From positions 64,001 to 128,000 of IMG/VR virus record IMGVR_UViG_3300028887_000075: a stretch of 64,000 nucleotides of DNA; one strand, given 5' to 3'. A program made the position numbers and the translations under genes. Source of the stretch: a virus. Lineage: Duplodnaviria; Caudoviricetes. Numbering within the stretch: position 1 is the stretch's first letter; each line of letters starts with the position of its first letter. Positions 1-8,729 of the stretch are shown one piece after another. Below the pieces are notes generated by a model. It was not told the origin of the DNA, ran no database searches, and saw only the letters and a list, made by a program, of their open reading frames with translations.

Positions 1-1095
1 GGAGTTAACTCGTTCTATATCCTGTACAACGGGTCTCTGCCCAAGACTGACCCCATGTCGGTAATCGGCACGTTCGTTACGCCGGGTGGAAGGGTTTCGT
101 CAGCGTTCGACCGTCCGAACCATGCGGTGAACTTCGAGCAGACCGCCGACCTTCTGGCATCTACCGGTGTAAAGGTTGCAACCGACCATACGCTTAACTC
201 TATACTGAAGGACGGGCTGTACGAGTTGGAGAACGTGGTCGAGAAGTGCGACAAGATAACAAGCGACCTATACCTGGTGAAGAATCATCACGGCGACCTG
301 TCAAACATAGTAGCGTACTACAAGGGACAGTACAAGGCGGTCATACCGGACTGGGTGGACAGCGAGAAATTCGCTATAATCTATGACGGGAATTATCCCC
401 TTTTCGTAACGGACGGGCAGAACGTATATTCGCTCAGCGAGCCGTACGAGAAGTGGTGCAGCATACCGGATGGACTTAGGGTCACCGGCGAAAGGGCGTC
501 AGAGGACAACGCTGCCATTGTATACGTGAAGCGGGATGACCGTATCGTCAACATTCTTGATATCGACTATGGGGAACTACTGCTGGATGCCGCGAGCGAT
601 GTGCCGTTCGACGATTCTCGGTTCTATAGTAAATGGGAGTCAAGTTCAGGTAGGCGACGCGAGCATCCGTCGACGAGGCTAACTGAAAACTCCTCATGGG
701 TACTGGAGTATCATACTCCCAGGAAACGCGAGAAGTATCCAGACATGCGCGTTTCCCGTGATGTGCAGACCGAGCCTGACATATTATACGTGGTAACTGA
801 GCAGGGAAAGAACCTTGCCGATTGCCCGAAGGTTGAGATACCGGTGGATTGGTATGTCACCTATGTATCCAGGAATGGAAAATACTGCCTCATCAAGAGA
901 GCCCGTGGCATTCCGGCGAATGACCCGGACTTCAACCGGTATTTTCTCATGGTCGATGGGCAGGTTAGCCAAAAGTCATTCGAGGATATAGATGACAACG
1001 GCGACGGCATATGGTCACTATATCCGAGTCTTGAAAAAGGTTCCGTCTATTATGACCTGAATACAGAAACCGGCGAAATTGAGGCCAAGACATAA
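1..1095 (+). CDS. Hypothetical protein, 5'-truncated by the window edge
   Basis: Frame is open from base 1 through the ATG at 55 to the stop at 1095; no recognisable motif. Confidence 0.7.
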   Translation, partial: GVNSFYILYNGSLPKTDPMSVIGTFVTPGGRVSSAFDRPNHAVNFEQTADLLASTGVKVATDHTLNSILKDGLYELENVVEKCDKITSDLYLVKNHHGDLSNIVAYYKGQYKAVIPDWVDSEKFAIIYDGNYPLFVTDGQNVYSLSEPYEKWCSIPDGLRVTGERASEDNAAIVYVKRDDRIVNILDIDYGELLLDAASDVPFDDSRFYSKWESSSGRRREHPSTRLTENSSWVLEYHTPRKREKYPDMRVSRDVQTEPDILYVVTEQGKNLADCPKVEIPVDWYVTYVSRNGKYCLIKRARGIPANDPDFNRYFLMVDGQVSQKSFEDIDDNGDGIWSLYPSLEKGSVYYDLNTETGEIEAKT

Positions 1096-1096
1096 T

Positions 1097-1663
1097 CTAG
1101 AGGCTCTTCCAGTCAGCCCTGGCACGCGCCAGGGCGTTTTCGTATTCTGACTTTGCCTGTATCATGTAGGCGGCTATGTAGCCCTTGAGCAGGTCTGCGG
1201 CTACCTGCCGGTAGCCCCCGGAGAAGTATACCCGGTTCCCAGCCTGGCAGTACCCCTTGGCATCCACCTGGACCTCGGCGTAGCTGTCGCACTCGTCCAC
1301 CTCGGACTCGGAAATACCGTTGACTAGGTCCCACTTCATCTCGTATATCGCGTCCGGTTTCGGCCGGGTGACGTCTACCGTGACCGTGATTTCGTTCCCG
1401 GCCATGTCCTTGAAGATGACCGCCTTGCCGGAGGTAGTGGTGGCCACCTGGACCACGGATAGCGAATCCGGTCGCTTCTCCGAGTGCTGTCCGGCGGTGG
1501 CTCCCGGGTGGTAAATCATCTTGTGGTGCGTGGGGCACAGGGGTATGGTGACGTCCTTGTTCAGGGTGACCCCCAGTTCCTTCGGGTGGATGTGATGGAA
1601 CTCTATAAGGGACCTGTCGTCGGTCTCGTACTGGCAATTAGGGAACACGCACCTGTACTTCAT
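1097..1663 (-). CDS. HNH endonuclease-domain protein
   Basis: N-terminal CxxxxC...EFHHIHP...LCPTHHxxxH pattern typical of the zinc-binding HNH domain. Confidence 0.7.
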   Translation of the reverse strand: MKYRCVFPNCQYETDDRSLIEFHHIHPKELGVTLNKDVTIPLCPTHHKMIYHPGATAGQHSEKRPDSLSVVQVATTTSGKAVIFKDMAGNEITVTVDVTRPKPDAIYEMKWDLVNGISESEVDECDSYAEVQVDAKGYCQAGNRVYFSGGYRQVAADLLKGYIAAYMIQAKSEYENALARARADWKSL

Positions 1664-1702
1664 GGCCTGAAACTACTCCATATTCCGCGGAACGGCGATT
1701 TT

Positions 1703-1714
1703 TTGCTATATTTG
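1703..1714 (+). promoter_or_regulatory. TTGCTATATTTG promoter motif, 4 nt upstream of ATG 1719
   Basis: Recurring intergenic 12-mer; fits extended -10 TGnTATATT and Bacteroidota-type TAnnTTTG. Confidence 0.75.
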
Positions 1715-1718
1715 TGGC

Positions 1719-2219
1719 ATGCGGTTCATGAAGTACATACTGCTCCTGGCATCCCTGGCACTGTCGGCCGAATACGGGATGATGTCCGTCTGCACCAGGC
1801 TGGACGGGCACGAGTACTGCTATACCGCCGAGAGCAGGTATGTCGCCATAGAGATTGGGGGAACCCTCCTCGTGGCCAACGGGTTCAACCACCAGAAGTT
1901 CTTCCAGGCCGGGAAGGATACTACCTTCTACAACAAGGACAGCATCATGATATGGTACGCCCCGATGAAGGACGAGGACTCTACCTTGTTCCTCGTCCAC
2001 GAGTTCCGGGACGACGATGCACACGGCAAGACAAAGAACCTGTGGATTTCCGATACCACAGGGTGCGTCACAGTGAAGTACGCCGGGGGCAACCGGGAGA
2101 ACTACGACAGGTTCTACCGGAGCTTCCGGGTGGACACGATGGAACACGAGTTGATGCTTATAGGCAAGTGCCAGGACAAGAGATATGGAAAACAGCCCGA
2201 AAAAATTACCAAGCCTTGA
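1719..2219 (+). CDS. Hypothetical secreted protein
   Basis: N-terminal signal-peptide-like MKYILLLASLALSA; promoter motif immediately upstream. Confidence 0.7.
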   Translation: MRFMKYILLLASLALSAEYGMMSVCTRLDGHEYCYTAESRYVAIEIGGTLLVANGFNHQKFFQAGKDTTFYNKDSIMIWYAPMKDEDSTLFLVHEFRDDDAHGKTKNLWISDTTGCVTVKYAGGNRENYDRFYRSFRVDTMEHELMLIGKCQDKRYGKQPEKITKP

Positions 2220-3378
2220 CGAGTACCTGAAGGAGGCCGAGGGACCCTGCCTGAACAAGACGGTGTCCCCGGACGGCAAGTACGTCAAGTTCAAGTATAC
2301 CGACCACTGCACCTACTCGATGGGGTGGAACGAGGTGACCCTGCATGCCAGGGGGCACGTGTTCCGCCTTTCCGACGGCAAGTGCGTACTCCGTCCCTGG
2401 GACAAGTTCTTCAACTACGGGGAACTGTTCGGTCAGGACGGGAAACCCACCCAGCTGTACAAATTGCTCGACGATACTCCGGACATGCGCCCCGAGCGTG
2501 CCCTGCAGGGCCCGTTTACGGCCACCGAGAAGTTCGACGGCTCGCTCTGCATAGCGGGCATCGTGGATGGTGCACTTCTGTGCACTAGTTCCGGGTCGTT
2601 CACCGCGTGGCAGGCGGAGTGGGCCAGTGACTGGCTCGAGCGCAACAACGTAGACAAGTGCATGCGCGAGGGAATGACCTACCTGTTCGAGATTATCGCC
2701 GATGCCGACCTGCATCCTATCCGTTATGCCTTCGAAGGCTGTGTATTGCTCGGAATCATCGACAACGATACCGGTATCGAGCTCCCGTATGACGAACTTA
2801 TGGATTTCGGACCGCCACTCCACCTGCCGGTAACTCCCAGGACCTTCTGCGTGAACCTCAACGACGCCATGTCATATGTAAGGAACCTCCCGAAGACACA
2901 GGAAGGCCTCGTGGTGACATACCCGTCCGGATTCAAGCTGAAGCTTAAGGGGCCGGAGTTCCTGAAGATACAGAAGGTGTTCCACAGCCTGTCCGAGAAG
3001 AGTCTCCTGGAGGCGTTCGATTATCACAGGGGAGACTTCCCTGCTGATATACGGGAAGTTGTACCGGAGGAGTTCAAGGACCTCTGGGCTTTCATGAACA
3101 ACTTCAAGGCCGACTACGAGATGAACCTGTGCATGTGCCTGGGATACAGGGCATATGCTATTGCCCACGAGTATACCCCCAGGGAAGTATGGGATGGGGC
3201 AAACCGGGTATTCACTGGGAGGAGCCGGTTAATCGGGGCGGCCACGGCAGCAGCGAAAGTCAAGTGTATCGACGACCCGTTTCTCCATTCCATATGGAAA
3301 ATTGTATATGACGCCATGGTCAAGGAATGGAAGGACAAGAAGGACAACAAGGACAACAAGGAAGTTAGCAATGGCTAA
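2185..3378 (+). CDS. RNA ligase, T4 Rnl1/RnlA family
   Basis: ARGHVF, PWDKFFNYGE, motif I EKFDGS, YLFEII, EGLVV, KLKLKG. Confidence 0.85.
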   Translation: MENSPKKLPSLDEYLKEAEGPCLNKTVSPDGKYVKFKYTDHCTYSMGWNEVTLHARGHVFRLSDGKCVLRPWDKFFNYGELFGQDGKPTQLYKLLDDTPDMRPERALQGPFTATEKFDGSLCIAGIVDGALLCTSSGSFTAWQAEWASDWLERNNVDKCMREGMTYLFEIIADADLHPIRYAFEGCVLLGIIDNDTGIELPYDELMDFGPPLHLPVTPRTFCVNLNDAMSYVRNLPKTQEGLVVTYPSGFKLKLKGPEFLKIQKVFHSLSEKSLLEAFDYHRGDFPADIREVVPEEFKDLWAFMNNFKADYEMNLCMCLGYRAYAIAHEYTPREVWDGANRVFTGRSRLIGAATAAAKVKCIDDPFLHSIWKIVYDAMVKEWKDKKDNKDNKEVSNG

Positions 3379-4597
3379 TCACTTACCGCAAATCATCGAG
3401 TATCTCAGCGACAACGACTTCTACAAGTATACCATGGGGCAGATGTTCGTGCACCAGTTCCCCGACGCAACCTGCGAGTGGACCTACAAGAACCGCGACC
3501 CCGAGCGCAAGTTCACAAGGGAGATGATTGACGAAATAAACTACCAGATTGACCTGTACTCCAAGCTCCGCTATACCGAGTGGGAACTCGATCAGTTCGC
3601 AAAGATTCCGTTCATCAAGGGCGACTACGTGAACTTCCTCCGCAGGTACACTGTAGACCGCAGCCACATCACCTGCGAGTTCGACGAGCAGACCGAGCAG
3701 CCGGTAATCCATTTCCGCGGCTACAACGTGGACGAGAGCTACCACGAGGTGCCGGTGATGGCCATCGTGTCCGAGGTGTGGTTCCGCATGACCTACAGCG
3801 AGGAGCAGCAGGCGGCAATCATCGCCGACGCCAAGGCCAGGTTCAGCGAGAAGCTGGATTCCCTCATCTCCGGCAAGGTCAAGCTCGGGGCGTTCTCCGA
3901 GTTCGGTACCCGCCGGAGGTTCTGCCGGGAGTTCCAGGAATGGGCCGTGGACGAATTGATGAAGTACAAATTCGACGGGACCAAGTATGTAGGCACGTCC
4001 AACGTGTACATCTCCTTCGTGAAGGGGACTTCCCCGAAGGGCACGATGGCCCACGAGGCCAACGAGCTTGTCGGCCAGGGATATCCTTTCCATAACCCGT
4101 CATACTCCAACTACTACCTGATGAAGGCGTGGATTAAGGAATACGGTGTACAGAACGGCATCTTCCTTACTGACTGCATCACCACCGACTGCTTCCTGAA
4201 GGACTTCGACATAACGTACGCTACGCTCTTCAGCGGTCTCCGCCACGATTCCGGCGACCCGATGGAGTGGGGCGAGAAGATGCTCTCCCACTACCAGAAG
4301 CTCGGCATCGACACAAGGACAAAAACCCTCCTGTTCAGCGACAGCCTGGACTTCCAGCGCGCCGAGGTGATATACCAGAGGTTCTCGCTCCGTTGCGGCG
4401 TCGCGTTCGGAATCGGCACGTGGCTCCTGAACGACACAGGGCACTTCAAGGCAATGAACCAGGTAATCAAGCTCACCGAGGTCAACGGAATCCCGGTATG
4501 CAAGATTTCGGACGCTCCCGGCAAGTTCATGGGGAAATCCGAGGAGTACCGCAACTACCTCCAGCGGGCAATCGACTGGCGAGTGAACCACGGATAA
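3371..4597 (+). CDS. pncB: Nicotinate phosphoribosyltransferase
   Basis: DNDFYKYTM, EFGTRRR, GTSNV, GTMAHE (phospho-His), RHDSGDP, FSDSL, FGIGT, KISDxPGK; ATG 3371 overlaps the ligase stop. Confidence 0.92.
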   Translation: MANHLPQIIEYLSDNDFYKYTMGQMFVHQFPDATCEWTYKNRDPERKFTREMIDEINYQIDLYSKLRYTEWELDQFAKIPFIKGDYVNFLRRYTVDRSHITCEFDEQTEQPVIHFRGYNVDESYHEVPVMAIVSEVWFRMTYSEEQQAAIIADAKARFSEKLDSLISGKVKLGAFSEFGTRRRFCREFQEWAVDELMKYKFDGTKYVGTSNVYISFVKGTSPKGTMAHEANELVGQGYPFHNPSYSNYYLMKAWIKEYGVQNGIFLTDCITTDCFLKDFDITYATLFSGLRHDSGDPMEWGEKMLSHYQKLGIDTRTKTLLFSDSLDFQRAEVIYQRFSLRCGVAFGIGTWLLNDTGHFKAMNQVIKLTEVNGIPVCKISDAPGKFMGKSEEYRNYLQRAIDWRVNHG

Positions 4598-4609
4598 TTG
4601 CTATATTTG
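4598..4609 (+). promoter_or_regulatory. TTGCTATATTTG promoter motif upstream of nadD-Nudix
   Basis: Exact motif directly after the pncB stop, 8 nt before ATG 4618. Confidence 0.7.
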
Positions 4610-4617
4610 GAAGCAAC

Positions 4618-5805
4618 ATGGATAACAAGAAGCATACATTGGTTTACGGTGGCGCCTTCGACCCGCCCACCGTTGCCCACGAGGCGATAATCCGCGACCT
4701 GGTCCGCATGGCCGAGGTTTCGGGCGATACCAGAATCCTAATCTACGTCACCGACAACGACGAGAAGAAGTATTCCGCCCAGGTCGCCGACCGCGTAAAC
4801 ATGGTGAAGGCCATGCTGCGGACGATGCGAATCTATGCCGGGACAATAACGCTGAGCCCGGAAGGCATGGACATAGACGTACTGCCGCAGAAGAACAGGC
4901 TGTACAAACAGCTAGGCATCGACCACCTGCTTGACGGGTCGGCGACGGTATGCCTCGGAATGGACGAGTGGGATGACCTGTGCATGGGTGCCCGCGGGGC
5001 GTTCCGCATTGCCAACGGTACCATCCAGTGCATAAGCCAATGGGACAGTCCGGCCGAACTTGCCGAGAAGGTATGTTTCCGCATATACTCCAGGGACCGC
5101 CAGAAGCAACCGGAGTACACCCCGAAGACCCTGGGGGTCGACTACGTGCCCATCCCGATACCGCCGGCATCGTCCACGGAGGCAAGGAAGACTCTCGGGT
5201 TCAGCCCGTTCGCCGCCCCCGCGGAAATCCCCCCGAGCGTAAGGGAATACATCTCGCTTCACCGGCTGTACGGGCAGGAGCGCATGCTTGACCACATGTC
5301 CGAGGAACGCGAGTTCCTTAGGCTGTACTCTGCGAAGGACTTCCCGAAGCCATCGGTTACTGCCACGGTGGTCATCCATAACGACCGCCAGGTACTCCTG
5401 GTCAGGAGGAAGGCTCCCCCGTTCAAGGGATACTGGTGCTTCCCCGGAGGCTTCTCGGAGCCGTTCGAGGACATCGAGGAAGTTGGACTCAGGGAGCTCC
5501 GGGAGGAGACCTGGATTGAATCCAGGCTGCCGGTAACCCACCTGGGCGTATACACCCCGGACGACCCCAGGGTATCCCGGGAGAGGGGCGAGTGGGCGTA
5601 CGACGTCGCGCTCGAGATAGACATTGGCTCCGATGTCACCCCGGTCGCGAAGGCGGGCGACGACGCGGCCGACGTGAAGTGGGTGGACTTCGAGGACATG
5701 GACAGGGTAGACCTGGCGTTCCACCACCGCAAGATATGGAATGTTTTCAACAGCAACCGTGGCGGAATCACGGTGAATCCGGTTCCGCGCACGATACCGG
5801 TATAG
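4618..5805 (+). CDS. nadD: Nicotinate/nicotinamide mononucleotide adenylyltransferase (NadD-like) fused to an ADP-ribose-pyrophosphatase-type Nudix domain
   Basis: YGGAFDPPTVAH ((H/T)xGH variant), SSTEAR; C-terminal PSVTATVVI, Nudix box GGFSEPFEDIEEVGLRELREET, AGDDAADVKW, LAFHH. Confidence 0.85.
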   Translation: MDNKKHTLVYGGAFDPPTVAHEAIIRDLVRMAEVSGDTRILIYVTDNDEKKYSAQVADRVNMVKAMLRTMRIYAGTITLSPEGMDIDVLPQKNRLYKQLGIDHLLDGSATVCLGMDEWDDLCMGARGAFRIANGTIQCISQWDSPAELAEKVCFRIYSRDRQKQPEYTPKTLGVDYVPIPIPPASSTEARKTLGFSPFAAPAEIPPSVREYISLHRLYGQERMLDHMSEEREFLRLYSAKDFPKPSVTATVVIHNDRQVLLVRRKAPPFKGYWCFPGGFSEPFEDIEEVGLRELREETWIESRLPVTHLGVYTPDDPRVSRERGEWAYDVALEIDIGSDVTPVAKAGDDAADVKWVDFEDMDRVDLAFHHRKIWNVFNSNRGGITVNPVPRTIPV

Positions 5806-5817
5806 GATGGTACTGCA

Positions 5818-6417
5818 ATGCACATAGACAAGAACAACAAGGAAATACTCGTAGTCGTCGACATGCAGAACGACTTCATCGACGGGGTACTCGAGAACCC
5901 CGCGGCCAAGCGCATCGTTCCCGCCGTAGTGGAGGAAATCCGCCGGTGGGAGGGGAAGGTGGTAGCCACCCGAGACACACACTTCGCCGACGGATTCTCC
6001 GATTCCATCGAGGGAAAGCGCCTGCCGATGCATTGCGAGTACGGTACGCACGGCTGGGAAATCGAGAAGAGCGTGGACAAGGCTCTCCGGGACCAGTGCG
6101 CCACGTTCGTCGACAAGCACAACTTCGGCTTCATCGACTGGCCGAAGGTGCTGTTCGGCATAGATTCCACCGACCAGGACGCGGTCGCCGCGCTCACTGC
6201 CGGGAAGAACATCAGAATCAGGTTCCTGGGCACCTGCACGGACATATGCGACCTGTCCAACGTGGCAATATGCCGTACGTGGTTCCCGGATGCGGTAATC
6301 GAGGTGGTCGAGGGTGCCACCGCCGCGTCGTTCGACGACGCCAACCAGAAGGCCGCCCTCGACATGTGCCGCTCGATGCTGTGTGACGTGGTGCCTACCG
6401 TCTACGAGGAGAAATAA
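5818..6417 (+). CDS. pncA: Nicotinamidase (isochorismatase family)
   Basis: VVDMQNDF, TRDTH, HCxxGTxG, DK, GTCTDIC (Asp/Lys/Cys triad); NAD gene context. Confidence 0.88.
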   Translation: MHIDKNNKEILVVVDMQNDFIDGVLENPAAKRIVPAVVEEIRRWEGKVVATRDTHFADGFSDSIEGKRLPMHCEYGTHGWEIEKSVDKALRDQCATFVDKHNFGFIDWPKVLFGIDSTDQDAVAALTAGKNIRIRFLGTCTDICDLSNVAICRTWFPDAVIEVVEGATAASFDDANQKAALDMCRSMLCDVVPTVYEEK

Positions 6418-6419
6418 CA

Positions 6420-6602
6420 ATGTTCGGCGTATTCAAGAGAAACCAGGATGGTACCGAGGAACTTGTCGCCCGCTCCGGCGACTGGCTCAAGGCGCACGAC
6501 TACGCCGATTCGCTAAACGAGGACCGGAATGGTCCGGATGGTGCAACCTACCAAGTGAAGGAAGTGGAAAATGCTTCGAACGCTGTCATTGTTCAGGATT
6601 GA
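6420..6602 (+). CDS. Small hypothetical protein inside the NAD cluster
   Basis: 60-aa ORF with GGAG RBS, coupled to its neighbours. Confidence 0.6.
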   Translation: MFGVFKRNQDGTEELVARSGDWLKAHDYADSLNEDRNGPDGATYQVKEVENASNAVIVQD

Positions 6603-7401
6603 AACCCCGGAAGCTGCCGCGGATACCGCCCGGAAGATTACGGAATGGATAAGGAAGTACTTCGAGACTACCCGAGGTACCCATGCGGTACTCGGGATGT
6701 CCGGGGGAAAGGACTCGACCATCTGCGCGAAGCTTCTTGTGGACGCGCTCGGGCCTGGCCGGGTGATTGGGGTGTTCATGCCCAACTGGGGACAGGCGGA
6801 CCTGTCCGACGCGCTCGACGCGGCGAAGGCGGCAGGCCTTACCAGGACAATGATGCTCGACATAGGCGGAGCATACGACGCCGTGGTGAATGGACTGGCT
6901 ATGGCCGGTACCGAGATAGACCGCGGGGGAAGGGCCGGCATCAACCTGGCTCCCCGCATCCGAATGGTTCACCTGTATGCCGTCGCCCAGTCGTTCGTCG
7001 ATGGCCGCGTATGCTGCACCGGCAACCTCTCTGAGGCGATGGTTGGATACTGCACCCTGTACGGCGACCTGGCAGGAGACTTCGCACCGCTTGCCGAGCT
7101 GTTCAAGGAGGATGTCTGCCTGCTAGGCAAGGCTCTAGGGCTGCCGGGCAGTCTGGTGGACAAGGTGCCGAGCGACGGGCTCAGCGGGCTTACCGACGAG
7201 GATAACCTCGGGTTTACATACGGCGACATCCGGAAGTTCTGCCTCGGCGAGATGGACATGACCTCCGAACTGGCTGCACGAATCTCCACGAAGATGAGCG
7301 CGGCTAGGTTCAAGATGGACATTGTGAGGATTCCCCGGTGGATGCCGGAAGTGTCCGAGCCGGAAGTTCCATCGTTGGTCACGTATACTTCGGCTGACTG
7401 A
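6571..7401 (+). CDS. nadE: NH3-dependent NAD+ synthetase
   Basis: LGMSGGKDS PP-loop, NLAPRIRM, TGNLSE..GYCTLYGD, PSDGL...DEDNLG; no glutaminase domain. Confidence 0.92.
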   Translation: MLRTLSLFRIETPEAAADTARKITEWIRKYFETTRGTHAVLGMSGGKDSTICAKLLVDALGPGRVIGVFMPNWGQADLSDALDAAKAAGLTRTMMLDIGGAYDAVVNGLAMAGTEIDRGGRAGINLAPRIRMVHLYAVAQSFVDGRVCCTGNLSEAMVGYCTLYGDLAGDFAPLAELFKEDVCLLGKALGLPGSLVDKVPSDGLSGLTDEDNLGFTYGDIRKFCLGEMDMTSELAARISTKMSAARFKMDIVRIPRWMPEVSEPEVPSLVTYTSAD

Positions 7402-7444
7402 GGCGACACGGACGGCGCAACCTATTCGCTCAAGGAAATCGAGA

Positions 7445-7942
7445 ATGCCTCAAATACAAAAGACGACAAGTAATATCCCAGAAAAGAAAGACCTCCGCGA
7501 ATGGTTCTACCGGTACCGGGTGCACTATGATGTGGGCTACCGGAACACGGTCGGATTCGGTTCTGATACGATAGAGCAGAAATTCCATGACCTCATAGGA
7601 GAAGCGCGGGACAAGCTGCATGCGTTATATAGGCTACCTGCGCCTAACATTATCATGCTTAACTGCATGCGGCCTATATATTTCTGTGGATGGTATGCTA
7701 CTGTAGACTTCCTTGAATGGGGACCGAACAGGACCAACAGAAACTGGCCGCATGATGTCGAAGTAGTCGACCGGCTGGTCAACTATGTCGTCGAGGGAAT
7801 GGGCGGGAAGGTAACCAACCGCGAACTGTTCGAGATGCCGATTGAACTCAAGGACGCAAGTGCCCGGCTGCTGCTTCCCTTGCAGAAGGAACAGCCGGAT
7901 ACCCAACCGGAGATTACCGAAGATGAAAACTCGCCTTTCTAG
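7445..7942 (+). CDS. Hypothetical protein
   Basis: ORF with AAGGA RBS. Confidence 0.65.
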   Translation: MPQIQKTTSNIPEKKDLREWFYRYRVHYDVGYRNTVGFGSDTIEQKFHDLIGEARDKLHALYRLPAPNIIMLNCMRPIYFCGWYATVDFLEWGPNRTNRNWPHDVEVVDRLVNYVVEGMGGKVTNRELFEMPIELKDASARLLLPLQKEQPDTQPEITEDENSPF

Positions 7943-8019
7943 CATATTCCGCACCATAGCGGAAATCGCGCTGCTCCCGGTAGCAGCCATAGTAACCATC
8001 ATAGCATTTAGGAACAAGA

Positions 8020-8502
8020 ATGGACGTTGAGAAGAAACAGGCGAAACTGGCGAAGGTAAATGCCGCCATAGAGAAGCTGAAGGAACAGCGGGACAACATC
8101 GAGAGGGAACTGGAGAACTCCGACCTCTCCGTATGGAACAAGAAGTTCGCCGGGAATATGCTTGCAATACACGAGCATACCATGACGAAGATGTACACTG
8201 CGTCCTCCCGCGTGCTCGGAAGCACGACATATGCAAGGGTAATCCGGTGCATGAGCCACGACAGGTTCGGCCACATCAAGCTCGAGGTATACGGAAGCGC
8301 CCAGGTAGATACCAGCGAGGATGGTGCTGTTACCCTCAAGTACAAGAACAGCGTACACGAGATTTCAATACACGAGATTGACCTGGAGAAGAAGTTCGTC
8401 GAGGTTATATCCACCGACGCTGCCTTGGCGCACATAGCGAATGCCGAGGCGTCATCCCTGTCGATAACGCGCAGGATGCGGGATATACTGAAGGAGAGAT
8501 AA
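8020..8502 (+). CDS. Hypothetical protein, N-terminal coiled coil
   Basis: ORF in co-oriented gene run. Confidence 0.65.
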   Translation: MDVEKKQAKLAKVNAAIEKLKEQRDNIERELENSDLSVWNKKFAGNMLAIHEHTMTKMYTASSRVLGSTTYARVIRCMSHDRFGHIKLEVYGSAQVDTSEDGAVTLKYKNSVHEISIHEIDLEKKFVEVISTDAALAHIANAEASSLSITRRMRDILKER

Positions 8503-8503
8503 C

Positions 8504-8728
8504 ATGAAGAAACTGCTGATTTTACCATTGCTTGCAATGTTTGCAGGTTGCTGTCCGGATGATGCCCGTAAGGACGCTACGAAGCATCCGGTACATATTA
8601 CCGGACCTGGCTACGAATGCACAGGTACACTGGACCGGGCATGCACTGGTCATCACTGCGAATGGACGGTGAAGTGCCAGGATGACCGGACATATTTCAA
8701 CGCGTCAAACTTCAGTGTAGGTAACTGA
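8504..8728 (+). CDS. Putative small lipoprotein
   Basis: MKKLLILPLLAMFAG-C lipobox-like signal. Confidence 0.6.
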   Translation: MKKLLILPLLAMFAGCCPDDARKDATKHPVHITGPGYECTGTLDRACTGHHCEWTVKCQDDRTYFNASNFSVGN

Positions 8729-8729
8729 C

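Noticed and set aside
3331-3363. AAGGACAAC short tandem repeat at the ligase 3' end
   Set aside because: Encodes a low-complexity KDN tail; no sign of a separate function
4267-4617. Upstream extensions in the ORF track (4267, also 3302, 11013, 17501, 19926, 32696, 47487, 53974)
   Set aside because: They overlap upstream genes or run through the promoter motif; downstream ATGs fit the promoter, RBS and domain boundaries
3371-7401. Calling the NAD cluster NARP1 or NARP2
   Set aside because: No Prs-like Adps is present, the phosphoribosyltransferase has PncB-type motifs, and PncA plus NadE imply the deamidated route
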